From Octopus vulgaris (Eukaryota), in NCBI GenBank assembly GCA_951406725.2, contig OX597832.1:40052001-40116000 (forward strand): a stretch of 64,000 bases of DNA, given 5' to 3'. The first letter of the stretch is position 1. Each line of letters starts with the position of its first letter. The notes beneath the pieces are model-generated. The model made no database searches. It had not been told where the DNA came from and saw only the letters and a program-made list of their open reading frames with translations. Shown in pieces: positions 52,177-64,000 of this stretch. A program made the position numbers and the translations under genes.

Positions 52177-53011
52177 TACTGTTGTTGTGTTTGTGTATAT
52201 CTAGAGACACGTGTGTTTGTGTTTACGAAGTCTGTGTCTGTATTTTTGAATTCGCTTTTGGTGGACTATTTGCATAGTTTTTTATTCTATTAGTTACTTG
52301 TCGATGTTGTTTTGTTTGTCTTTGTGTCTATGTCTACATGTTTTCTGTGTTGTTCGGTATTTGCATTTGCGTCTACAAGTTATTTGCATGTGCATTTAAA
52401 TATTTACAATATATAACAGACCTCACCTCCACTTTTCTCTACCCCCCACTCTCTCTCTCTCAACTATGTTGTGTTGTGAGAAGGATCATTAAGGGACCCT
52501 TATCACGACCCATGTCTCCAGACACCTATAGAAAAAACTGCTATATTTATATATCCCCGGAGCCAAGGACAGACCAGTGTGTTGGGGCAGCATAAACATT
52601 GTATGGAATGTGATAAGAAACTAGCTTCCCAACCACATGGTTCCGGGTTCGATCTTCCTTTTTTTGTCTCTCTCTCTCTTTCTCTAAAACATTAGAATGT
52701 AGTTCTGGGATGGAAAGACGAACCATTAATGTATTGTAGTGGTGCAAAATATTGTGTGTGTGTGTGTGTGTGTCTGGCCTAGTGGTTAAAAAGGTCACTT
52801 CACAACCATAAGACCTCTGGTTTGATCACAGTCTGACATACTAAGCAAGTGTCTCTTCCACCATAGTCTCAGGTTGACTCAAGTGTTGTGAGTAAAATTG
52901 TGTGACAACCTGTTTGATCAACTGCAACTGTAATTCAAAGGTTCAGCTTTGTCACACTCTTTACACTGAGGGATCAAGGTGAAAAATGAGCTAATTAGAG
53001 AGCCTCTACAT

Positions 53012-53212
53012 CAGTGGTTTTCAATCAGGGTTCCGCCAGCACAGTCCAGGGGTTCCGCAAGAAGTTACAAAACTGCTAAAATCGGCAGTAATTTTTAAGT
53101 CTCCTGTGCAGATATGTGTGCATAAGACTATCAAATTATTGCACAGGGGTTCCTCGAGCCAGTGGAATGTTTCCTTGGGGTTCCGCTCCAGCAAAAAGTT
53201 TGACAAGCACTG
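53012..53212. mobile_element. hAT (Charlie-like) MITE
   Basis: cagtggttttcaa...ttgacaagcactg ends; perfect 8-bp TSD ctctacat at 53004-53011 and 53213-53220. Confidence 0.92.
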
Positions 53213-53487
53213 CTCTACATCATTACCCAATCTGCTAGAAATAACAGCCAGTTCTTCCTCAACTCACACCCTGTTTCCGTGAAAATGAGTAAAGGCCATC
53301 ACATTGGATGATGTACTCCAAGATGTGCCATGTCCGAATTGCAGACTGAATAGTCGTAGCTGGGACACCTTTAACCTTAGGGCTGTTCAAATCTCAGAAA
53401 ATAGTGAATTCTGCCCATCATTGTTTTTCACCCTGACCCCTTATAATATTACACTGAAACTGCATGAGAATTACATTAACTGTACAA

Positions 53488-53897
53488 GGCGCAGGAGTGG
53501 CTGTGTGGTAAGTAGCTTGCTAACCAACCACATGGTTCCAGGTTCAGTCCCACTGCGTGGCATCTTGGGCAAGTGTCTTCTGCTATAGCCTCGGGCCGAC
53601 CAAAGCCTTGTGAGTGGATTTGGTAGACAGAAACTGAAAGAAGCCTGTCGTATATATGTATATATATATATATATGTGTGTGTATATGTTTGTGTGTCTG
53701 TGTTTGTCCCCCTAGCATTGCTTGATAACTGATGGTGGTGTGTTTATGTCCTCGTTACTTAGCGGTTCGGCAAAAGAGACCGATAGAATAAGTACTGGGC
53801 TTACAAAGAATAAGTCCCGGGGTCGAGTTGCTCGATTAAAGGCGGTGCTCCAGCATGGCCGCAGCCAAATGACTGAAACAAGTAAAAGAGTAAAGAG
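53488..53897 (+). mobile_element. Young family-A SINE
   Basis: Near consensus. Confidence 0.93.
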
Positions 53898-54512
53898 TTT
53901 CTTTGGAATACTCAACCACTTACACATAAGTCAGTAGCTAGCCCAGTTGGTCAAACAACTGGAATAATCCTTGTAAATGGCAGATCCAGATATTAAACAT
54001 TAATATGCATTTTATGTTGTGTTTGTCTCTGCTGTGTGTGACCTATATATTGCTATTGTTAACTAAATAAGACAGAATGGATTTATTTTGTTGTTGTTGT
54101 TGTTGAAACTATCCACTTGGTTTGAACAAATATTGATGTTATTGTTACTGTTGTTGTTACTGATATTTTTGGTGTTTTTGTCAAGACTACTGCTACTGCT
54201 GTTGTTTTTGTTGTTGTTGTAACTAATTTCTGTTTTAATCAATTTGTGAATTGGAGCTTGAGCTATATTTTTAGCACCTAGGTGTGGCCCAGAGAGTGGG
54301 TGCCACTCCAGTTAGGATGTGGGTATTGAGGGATGGGTGAAATAACTGAGTGTGTGTCATCTTGTACCAGTGCTATAAATGCATGCAACCACTCCCACGG
54401 TTTCTCCACATCACATCCTATTCCAGTTTGAAGGTGTTACTCGAGATATAAGAAAGGATAATTTCTTGAACCCAAGGGATACCGCTGGTGATAATCAACA
54501 TTGGCAACAACC

Positions 54513-54775
54513 AGTTGCTTGGTTGGTTGTTCCTTCTCGAGCCACGCCTGGCTCATAAGGGCCGGTTTCCCGGTTTCTAGGTTCATCACCTGGACGGGAC
54601 CCCTAATCAAGCAAAATAGTAAACTGAAGATCCACAGTTGCGTTTTATGGGTCCATGAAAAATTATGATTTAGAATTTCTTGCAAGAAATAAGTTTCTTT
54701 CTCTAATGTTATACATAGTTTAATCTGTTTCTGGCCACTGAAACAGGTTCTCCCCAAGAATGCTTGTGAAAAATT
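54513..54775 (-). mobile_element. Truncated family-C SINE tail fused to a 178-bp inverted copy of 56116-56293
   Basis: 54513-54600 matches the tails at 14400 and 41323; 54598-54775 is the reverse complement of 56116-56293. Confidence 0.85.
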
Positions 54776-54794
54776 CTTCCATAATAATAATAAA

Positions 54795-55815
54795 TGTTGG
54801 TTCCAAATTTTGGCACAAAGCCAGTAATTTCGGGGTGAGTAAGTCCATTACGTTGACCCCAGTGCTCAACTGGTACTTTATTTTTCAACCCCAAAAGGAT
54901 GAAAGGCTAAGTTGACCATGGCAGAATTTGAACGCAGAACATAAAAATGGACAAAATGCCTAGTGACATTTTGCCCGGCATGCTAACAATTCTGCCAGCT
55001 TGCCATTATAACGATGATGATGCTGGTGATCCTTTCTACTATAGACACAAGGCCTGACATTTGGGGGAGGGAACTAGTTGATTACATCGACCCCAGGGTT
55101 TCACTGGTTCTTAATTTATTGACTCCGAAAGGATGAAAGGCAAAGTCAGCCTTGGCGCAATTTGAAACCAGAATGTAAGGATGGACAAAATGTCACTAAG
55201 CATTTTGCCCAGTGTGCTAACGACTCTGCCGACTCGCCACAATGATATTCTTTTCTACTCTAGACACAAGGCCTGAAATTTTGGGGGACGGGGCCCAGTT
55301 GATTAGATCGACCCCAGTACATAACTGGTACTTGATTTATCAACCCTGAAAGGATGAAAGGCCCAGTCAACTTCAGCAGAATTTGAACTCAGAACGTCGC
55401 CACAATAATGATAATAATGATGATGGTAATAATGGTTTTTGATTTAGGCACAACGATAGCAGTTTGTGAGTGGGGTGGTAGTCAGTACCTATTTCTTTAT
55501 TACCCACAAGGGGCTAAACACAGAGGTGACAAACAAGGACAGATATAGGTATTAAGTCGATTACATCGACCCCAGTGCGTAACTGGTACTTAATTTATCG
55601 ACCCCGAAAGGATGAAAGGCAAAGTCGACCTCGGCGGAATTTGAACTCACAACGTAATGCAGACGAAATACCGCTAAGCATTTCGCCCGGCGTGCTAACG
55701 TTTCTGACTCTAGTACTTGACTGGTACTTTATTATGACCCAGTGAGGATGAAAGACAAAGTTGACCATGGCAAGATTTGAACTCTCCTGTACTCTAAACG
55801 TCCTGCCAGCTCTCT
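54795..55815 (-). mobile_element. Cluster of about five family-B-related SINEs in the same orientation
   Basis: gacccca..actggtact..gaaaggatgaaaggcaaagtc recurs at about 54860, 55090, 55310, 55570 and 55710; the youngest copy is 55487-55706. Confidence 0.85.
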
Positions 55816-56011
55816 GACTTGTTTTTCACATTGGTAAATCTTTGTATATTAACTGGATTGGCAGAATCGGTAGAGCATAGAATAAAATACTTTGTGGTTT
55901 TCAGCTATGGCCTGTTACATTCTGAGTTCAAATCCAGTTGTCGTTCACTTTGTTTTCCAGTATTCTTTGGGGGTTGAAGTCAAGTGGTAGGGTTCATCTA
56001 ATCATCTATAC

Positions 56012-56319
56012 CAGTAGTTCTCAACCAATTTTTATCTGTGGACCCCCTTCATTACTATTTCATTCTGGTGGACCTTTTGGTGTTTAAAAACTGGTTTTAT
56101 AGATACTTATTTCAAAATTTTTCACAAGCATTCTTGGGGAGAACCTGTTTCAGTGGCCAGAAACAGATTAAACTATGTATAACATTAGAGAAAGAAACTT
56201 ATTTCTTGCAAGAAATTCTAAATCATAATTTTTCATGGACCCATAAAACGCAACTGTGGATCTTCAGTTTACTATTTTGCTTGATTAGGGGTCATATGAA
56301 CCTCGGTTGAGGACCACCG
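56012..56319. mobile_element. hAT MITE (diverged)
   Basis: cagtagttctcaacc...ggttgaggaccaccg ends; TSD atctatac / atctatat (7 of 8 match). Confidence 0.85.
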
Positions 56320-57285
56320 ATCTATATCCCTACCCTGCAAAAACACTTGTGGCTCTGTACCAGTTTCAGTGTTGCTTATGAATGACTCTATTATATTACT
56401 TCTACTTTGTTTCACAGAAGTGACGAAAGACAGAATTTGCTCTGGCGACTCTTGAAGACGGGAAATTATATGGATCTCGCACAATAATTAGTCTATATTT
56501 ATTTACAGGTATTCAGAACTCAATGTGGTTTTGCACAAGAATCGCAAATTTTAAGTTGTTTAAATAGTTACGTAAGAGTTATCCCCCTTCCTAAATAATG
56601 GTTGGGAGATAATCTGTAGTCAGAATTTTGGTAAAAGGAGAATCGTTCAGTCCGTTCTTCAAATACTTTGATATCATTTAGCTTCAGATCAGCTCTAATC
56701 CAGTAGACCTATGATAAAAGATGTTCCAGCCATGATCCCCCCTCTCGTTTTTTTCCTATATCAATGACTGTATTGTTCAATGTATCTTTTCTTTTTTTTA
56801 AGAGTGTAATTTGAGGGCGATGTGACTGCTATTTCTTGCATATTGACTGTTTAGAGGCTTCAGGTCGGTTAAACCATGCCGTTATGGTTTTGATGAAACA
56901 GTACCTTTTTATTTTTTCATTGTTGTAGTGTTTGATTTTAATCTATAAGTCACCAAAAATATGGTAAATACAAGATTATGGTGCTGCCATGAGCTTCATA
57001 TTCATGAGTTCAAATCTTGCTCACTGCATCCACTTCTATTAAGCAAGGTACATTATTCTTTTATTGGTTCTTTTACTGACCAACATTAAGAAAATTTGAT
57101 CGCACAAGCTTTTTGATAGAAGGTGGAGCAATTAATAATTTTAACTGGGAGTTTGGCCTTGTCTGCGAGAGGAACATTCAGCCACTTTAATGGTCTCTTC
57201 CTAATCTTTGCACCTTATATTACTTGTATTCACACGAGTTGTCAAGAGTTTCTGTATAATTGCTTTCACCTACTCATTTTATATC

Positions 57286-57656
57286 CAGGTGTGGCTGTGT
57301 GGTAAGAAGCTTACTTCCCAACCACATGGTTCCGGGGTCAGTCCCTCTGCATGGCACCTTGGGCAAGTGTCTTCTACTATAGCCTTGGGTCGACCAAAGC
57401 CTTGTAGTGGATTTCGTAAATGGAAACTGTTTGAAGGCTGTCATTGTGTGTGTGTGTTTGTCCCCCACCACTATTTGACAACCGATGTTAGTGTGTTTGC
57501 ATCCTTGTGACTAAGTGGTTCAGCAAAAGGGAACAATAGAATAAGTATAAGGCTTTAAAAAATAAATACTGGGGTTGATTCGTTTGACCAAAAATTCTTC
57601 TAACCAGTGCTCCAGCATGGCCGCAATCTAATGACTGAAACAAGCAAAAGATAAAC
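57286..57656 (+). mobile_element. Older family-A SINE
   Basis: All modules are present. Confidence 0.85.
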
Positions 57657-59147
57657 GACAAAAAGAAAAAAACACTGAACTGTCTTTAAAACTCCTGTAA
57701 CAGAGATGGGTTTATATATGGGTATATATGGTTGGAACACAAGATCTAGCATGAACTGTGACCTGGATTAGCGTTTCAGTATCTGTTATGTTCATTGTGG
57801 GGTTGGTTTGGCACAATTACAACAATGACTCATGGGTGTTTTTGTTTATTTAGTGAGAGAGGAGGAAATGAAAAGCTAAAGTGGACTGACTCAGGCAGGG
57901 TTTTGACAAAATTACTGAACAAGATGTCATAAATCAATCTAAAATAATCCAGTTGTTATTTTACATTGAAGCGTTGTTCAGCCCACCTGGCTGTTAGCAA
58001 TAAGATACCTGATCGGCCTCTTTCCTGTATATCTTACTCATGGTAGACCAGCTTTCTTAATATGGCATTGAACCTTCTACCATTTCACACCAACAAACTG
58101 GAAGTGGCCACATTAGTGTCTTTACAAGTTTGCTATTTAGTAAAGCAAGCAGCTTTCACCTATTGTGGTGTTCCACTCTTTGATTGACACCATGGCTAAG
58201 GAGGAGTGGATTATGGTGGTAGGTGTGGAGATTTCTTAGAGTTAATCTGTTTATTTTCAAGAAAACCCACACCACTCCATACCACTACACAATCGTGACC
58301 TGACAAGCACTGGTCCTTAGCAACACTTTTTATGTTACTAAGGACTTGCAAAGTTTTACACTTTCCTTTCTTTCTCTTTCTCTCACTCAACATCATTTAT
58401 TGATTCTATTTGTAAAATGTTTTCCATGAGAACATAGAGATTTAAATTTCTAATCAATAACTAAAATTGTTAGAGATCTTTATAGGGTTTTTTTGTTTTT
58501 TTTCACTGAGTCATGAATTGAAGTGAAGAAGAGGGAGTTCAAAGTATTATAAGGTATCTTGGTCAGATACTTCAGAAAACCTTAAGGTAACAACCCCATA
58601 TCAGTCAGGTTCAGTTCCACTGCATGGCCTCTTGAGCAAGTGTTTTCTACTATAACCTCAGACCCAACCCCAAAATTGTGAGTAGATTTGGTAGACGGAA
58701 ACTGAAAGAAGCCTGTCGTATATATGTGTGTGTATCTTTGTGTCCGCGTTTGTCCCCACCACTGCTTGACAGCCAGTGTTTGTGTGTTTACATTCCAGTA
58801 ACCTAGCAGTTCAGCAAAAGAGACTTATAGAATAAGTACTTGGGTAGGGACAGAATGCACAAAGCTGTCTCTGGTCAACTTTAGTCGATAGTCTCAGTCC
58901 ACAATCCCACATTATTCAAAGCTCATTGAAGTTTACAGAATAGAATTCTTATATTTTTATTCAGTTTATTTACTTATTTATTTATTGTTTTTTTGTTTTC
59001 AATTTTATATTCATTTATTCCCAGTTATCATGGGTCAGAGGTTGTAATATAGATATCAAGGATTGGGGTCTGTGGATTTTCTTGTGTAACATTCCTGGCA
59101 GTAAAATCAACTGCCAGTATTTAGAGATCTTGCAAGAGTTATCAAAA

Positions 59148-59332
59148 GGCACAGGAGTGGCTGTGTGGTAAGTAGCTTGCTTAACAACCACATGGTTCTG
59201 GGTTCAGTCCCACTGCGTAGCACCTTGGGCAAGTGTCTTCTACTATAGCCTAGGGCCGGCCAATCAAAGCCTTGTGAGTGGATTTGGTAGATGGACTCTG
59301 AAAGAAGCCCGTCATATATATGTGTGTGTGTG

Positions 59333-59388
<56 letters not shown>

Positions 59389-59609
59389 TGTGTGTATGTG
59401 TTTGTGTGTCTGTGTTTGTCCCCCCAACATCGCTTGACAACCGATGCTAGTGTGTTTATGTCCCTGTAACCTAGCGGTTCGGCAAAAAAGACCAATAGAA
59501 TAAGTACTAGGCTTACAAAGAATAAGTCCTGGGGTCGATTTGCTTGACTAAAGGCGGTGCTCCAGTATGGCCGCAGTCAAATGACTGAAACAAGTAAAAG
59601 AGTAAAAGA
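59148..59609 (+). mobile_element. Young family-A SINE
   Basis: Near consensus, with a long internal (TA)n. Confidence 0.92.
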
Positions 59610-60171
59610 AATGGTATAAGTTGGAACACGATCTGTCATATTTGTGTCGTTGCAGTGTGTGGTGTGCATTTTGTTACTAACTCACCTTTAAGACTTAATC
59701 TAAAGGAAAATTGTTTGCTAATTTTAGCAGGTCAATTGAAGTCATGTAGAGAGGTTCCTTCTGTGTATGTGTGTGTACATCTGTGTATACATGTGCATGT
59801 GTACACATTTTTCTGTTTGTTGCTAGATTTTGAAACCTAATCTTCAGGAGTTGATGTCCACCAAAGGGGTTTGTAAAGTAGATTTTCTTCTAAGGAACCA
59901 CATCACAACAGCATTGCTAATGATGTCCTTTGCAGGTAGAGAGACAACCATTGAGGTCTTCAAGACAAGCAAAGACCAACGCAAGGCTTCCCAACAACAT
60001 AAAAGAGACAAGAAGCTTAAGGACAAGAAGGTCAATTGTATGAGAAGAGAAGATGAAGTTTTAAACATTTAGTGAAAGACAGCAGGGAGTGGAGGCTGAA
60101 AGGAAGAAGTTGTTTAGGTAAAAATAGTGAGAGAAGATACAAGATGGACTTAGTAGCTGGTTTAATAAAGA

Positions 60172-60470
60172 CTAGCAGTATCGCCCGGCGTTGCTCGGGT
60201 TTGTAAGGGAAATAACTATATAAGCATTTTTAGAGAGTTATAGCCAAAAAATAGCAAAAAAATGCATTAAAAACGGAAAAAAAAAAGATGGTAAATTTTT
60301 TTTTAAATCATTGACTCATCGTAGACGTGCGCTAATACCCAGAAGGGCTCGATATGAATCACGACTATAAGTTACCCGGTTTTGGTTAAACTGCACCGCA
60401 AAATGTGGGAGTAGTTAGGAATCTAAATCGTAGGAGACAGACAGCACAACCTCACTTTTATATATAAAGA
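60172..60470 (-). mobile_element. Non-autonomous Helitron
   Basis: The minus strand starts TC(tttatatataaaag) after a host A and ends with the hairpin cccgagcaacgccggg and then CTAG before a host T. No TSD. Confidence 0.9.
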
Positions 60471-60934
60471 TTAACCAACCCACAAATTGGGGGTGAGGGG
60501 ACAAGAAGGCGTGAATGTCTGTGATTGCTTGTGCTTGGCACATGAAGAGAGAAAGACTGGAGGATGTGAACTTACTGGTCGAGAATGTAGCAAAAGGAAG
60601 TAGGAAAATTTGATGATTTTTTTTATTTCATTAAAAGAGAAAGAGAGAGTTAAGGATGATTAAACGAGGTTTATTATTAACGTTTATTATCAAAATTAAA
60701 ATAACATAACTTTCAGGTTATGTTTGTGGTGGCAGGGGAAATAAAGGTGTTGGATAGAATAAGTTTTTGATAAGCTGTTGAACAAGTTTGACAGCTGGGG
60801 TGTTTTCTATGTGATGTGTGGGTGGTAGTGGTAATAATAAACATGATCGGTTTGAGGATATAGCGGAGGTGGACGGGTCGGGTCGTGTTGCTTTTTTCTT
60901 CTCCCTTTGTTTTGTAAAGGCTACATGTTAGTTG

Positions 60935-61790
60935 AGCATAGGTCACAGTCTGAGATAGAATAGCTATGGTCTGCCAACATGATGTCATGTAGAGGAGGAC
61001 TGGGTAAGGTGGCGTTATGGTGAGGAAGATTACTGTGATGTAATGTAGACACACATGGCTAATGTCGAGACAGGATAGCTAAGGTGACAGCGTAGAGACA
61101 TAGAATGGCTAAGGTGATATTGTGAAGGAGTGGCTGTGTGGTAAGTAGCTTGTTTACCAACCACATGGTTCCGGGTTCAGTCCCACTCCGTGGCACCTTG
61201 GGCAAGTGTCTTCTACTATAGCCTCGGGCCGACCAAAGCCTTGTGAGTGGATTTGGTAGACGGAAACTGAAAGAAGCCCGTCGTATATATATATATATAT
61301 ATGTGAGTGTGTGTTTGCGTGTCTGTGTTTGTCCCCCTAGCATTGCTTGACAACCGATGCTGGTGTGTTTATGTCCCCGTTACTTAGCGATTTGGCAAAA
61401 AGAGACCGATAGAATAAGTACTGGGCTTACAAAAGAATAAGTCCTGGGGTCGAGTTGCTCGATTAAAGGTGGTGCTGCAGCATGGCCGCAATCAAATGAC
61501 TGAAACAAGTTGAAGAGTAAATAAAATAGCTAAAATGTAATGTAGAGATACAGGATAGTTAAAGTGACTGTATACAGGTATATTATGGCTGAGATGATAT
61601 TGTGTGCAAATAAAATAGCTAAAAATCACATGGTGCAGTTGCAGGATGGCTAAAGTCACATGGTGCAGTTGCAGGATGGCTAAAGGTACATGATGTAGAG
61701 GTATGATGGCTAGTGGACATTGTAAAGTAACCTCATATAGAATGATGATATTTTTAAGTGACATCTAGAGGCAAGATAGCTGAAGTATTA
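60935..61790. repeat. Diverged ~30-bp minisatellite split by a young family-A SINE (about 61125-61520)
   Basis: Units like ggatggctaaagtcacatggtgcagttgca occur on both sides of the SINE. Confidence 0.8.
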
Positions 61791-62491
61791 AGATAACTGT
61801 TCATATGTTGTTGTTTTTGTTTTTGTTGCTGTCGTGGCGGTGTTCTGGGGTCAGTTCTGACTGAACAACCCATAATCAAAGGTGTTCAAGCCATAACCAT
61901 CTTGTCTTTCCCCCTTTTTTTCTACACAGTTACTTGAACTGCTAGAAACAGTAGTCAAATCTTTGAAATGCTATCCTGCCATCATAAAAAAGAGTAAAGA
62001 ATCATCAGCTCATTGAACAGTGTAGTCCTTGATACACTGTTCCACATAACATAATAGTCTATTATGTCCGCAGAGTCTTTAATCATACTTCTGCTCAGTG
62101 AGGGTTGGCCTGGATGGAACAAAATATTCATGAAGGTCTCTTAACCATAACAACTTGGCTAAAAAGCATAATTCAGCTAAGAGCTTCAGGATTTCCAACA
62201 AAAGTACAAAGTTTACCCTCTTTGTATGTGTGTGTGTACAAAGTATTATTCATCTAATTGATCCCAGCACTTGGGTGATACTTGTTGACCCAGAAAGGAT
62301 GAAAAAGCAAAGTCTGTTTCAGCAGAATTGAACTCAGAACAAAAAGGGGGCATAGGGTTAGGGATAGGGTGTAAGATAACTAATCCTGTATTTCTGCTCC
62401 TCTCACCCAGTATATCACATATATTCGAAGGAGACAATCAGGTAGCCTTCTGGTAGTTGTTCAGCCTGCTGGAAATAACAGTAAAATCTTC

Positions 62492-62890
62492 CAGGAGTGG
62501 CTGTGTGGTAAGAAGTTTGCTTCCCAACCATATGGTCCTAGATTCAGTTCCACTGCTTGGTACCTTGGGCAAGTGTCTTCTACTATAGCCCTGGGCTGAC
62601 CAAAGCATTGTGAGTGGATTTGGTTGATGGAAACTGAAAGAAGCCCTTTATATATATATTTGTGTGTGTGTGTGTGTGCGTGCATATAATTGTACCCTGC
62701 CACTGTCTGACAACTGGTGTTGGTGCGTTTACATCCCTGTAACTTAGTAGTTCGGCAAAAGAGACTAATAGAATAAGTACCAAGCTTAAAACGAAAGTAA
62801 GTGCTGGGGTTGATTTGTTTGAATAAAATTCTTCAAGGTGGTGCCCCAGCATGGCCACAGTCTAATGACTGAAACACGTAAAAGATGAAA
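62492..62890 (+). mobile_element. Older family-A SINE
   Basis: All modules are present. Confidence 0.85.
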
Positions 62891-63072
62891 AAACACACAC
62901 AAAAAAAAAATCTACTTCTCAGCATTTTTAAAAGGAAGATCACGTTGGATATTGTAATCCAAGATAGACTAAATCTGAATTGCAGACAGGAGAATCACAT
63001 GTGCTGGGTCATTGACCTGCTCAGTCAGTCAACCTGAGGCTAAACCACCAACAACTGCATAAATAAATAAAT

Positions 63073-63238
63073 AGGCACAGGAGTGGCTGTGTGGTAAGTA
63101 GCTTGCTTACCAACCACATGGTTCTGGGTTCAATCCCACTGCGTAGTATCTTGGGCAAGTGTCTTCTACTATAGCCTCGGGCCGACCAAAGCCTTGTGAG
63201 TGGATTTGGTAGATGGAAACTGAAAGAAGCCCGTCGTA

Positions 63239-63278
<40 letters not shown>

Positions 63279-63487
63279 TGTGTGTGTGTGTTTGTCCCCC
63301 TAGCATTGCTTGACAACCGATGCGGGTGTGTTTACGTCCCCGTTACTTAGCAGTTCGGCAAAAGAGACCGATAGAATAAGTACTGGGCTTACAAAAGAAT
63401 AAGTCCCGGGGTCAAGTTGCTCGATTAAAGGCGGTGCTCCAGCATGGCCGCAGTCAAATGACTGAAACAAGTAAAAGAGTAAAAGAG
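63073..63487 (+). mobile_element. Young family-A SINE
   Basis: Near consensus. Confidence 0.93.
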
Positions 63488-63849
63488 AGAGAGAGAGAGA
63501 GTTCTAAAAACTTCCTAATATTTCAATGAAGAAGGAAGTCTCTATGGAGTCATTTAGTCTGCTAGAAATAGCAGCTAAATCTGCCTAAACCTATGCCTTA
63601 CTGTCTTTCGAAAAGGAAAGACTCTTTGCATCATTAATTGGTTCTAGAAGCACTGTCTCTGGAGAAAAGGCAGGATAGTCATGGCTAAGATCTAGTTGAT
63701 TGTTGACCTGCTGGGTCTGGGCTTACCTAGGGTTGAATAACAGCATATAGTCCATTGTGTGTGACATATGTATTTACTTACAGTTCTAAGTGTATGTTGC
63801 AGCTTTTCAGAGTAAGGCATTAGATACTGTCTAATATATATATAACACT

Positions 63850-64000
63850 GAGGAGAGAGAGAGAGATTGAATGTGTGTGTGAGAGAGAATGAGTGTATAA
63901 GAGAGAGGGAAAGGCAGACAGAGAGAAAGAAAGATTGATGTGTGAGAGGGAGAGAGAGATTGAGAGTGTGAGAAGCAGAGACAGAGAAAGTGAAAGATTG
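63850..64000. repeat. GA/GT-rich low-complexity tract
   Basis: Directly visible. Confidence 0.85.

Overview
AT-rich, microsatellite-dense animal genomic DNA. The repeat families strongly resemble those of octopus (coleoid cephalopod) genomes; this is recognition from memory, not a search. I find no host protein-coding gene I can support. Nearly all listed ORFs are translations of microsatellites or SINEs, and the few protein-like ones are decayed transposase or reverse-transcriptase fragments. The window is a layered set of mobile elements: several tRNA-headed SINE families (CORE-like, Meta-like and Nin/Deu-like modules), RTE and CR1 LINE 3' ends, a decayed maT/DD37D-type transposon, two mariner relics (one a fold-back with long inverted arms), piggyBac-type and hAT-type MITEs, a GGATC-ended element with an 8-bp TSD, and an intact non-autonomous Helitron. 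Leads most worth following: (1) minimal hammerhead-ribozyme-shaped relics typical of Penelope-like elements, one with an apparent compensatory G3-C8 core; (2) a perfect 178-bp locally templated inverted copy fused to a truncated SINE tail; (3) a change from CpG-rich to CpG-poor sequence near 13 kb, beside a candidate promoter and UTR exons, suggesting the rest is a long methylated intron rich in potential dsRNA. Boundaries without a stated TSD are approximate.
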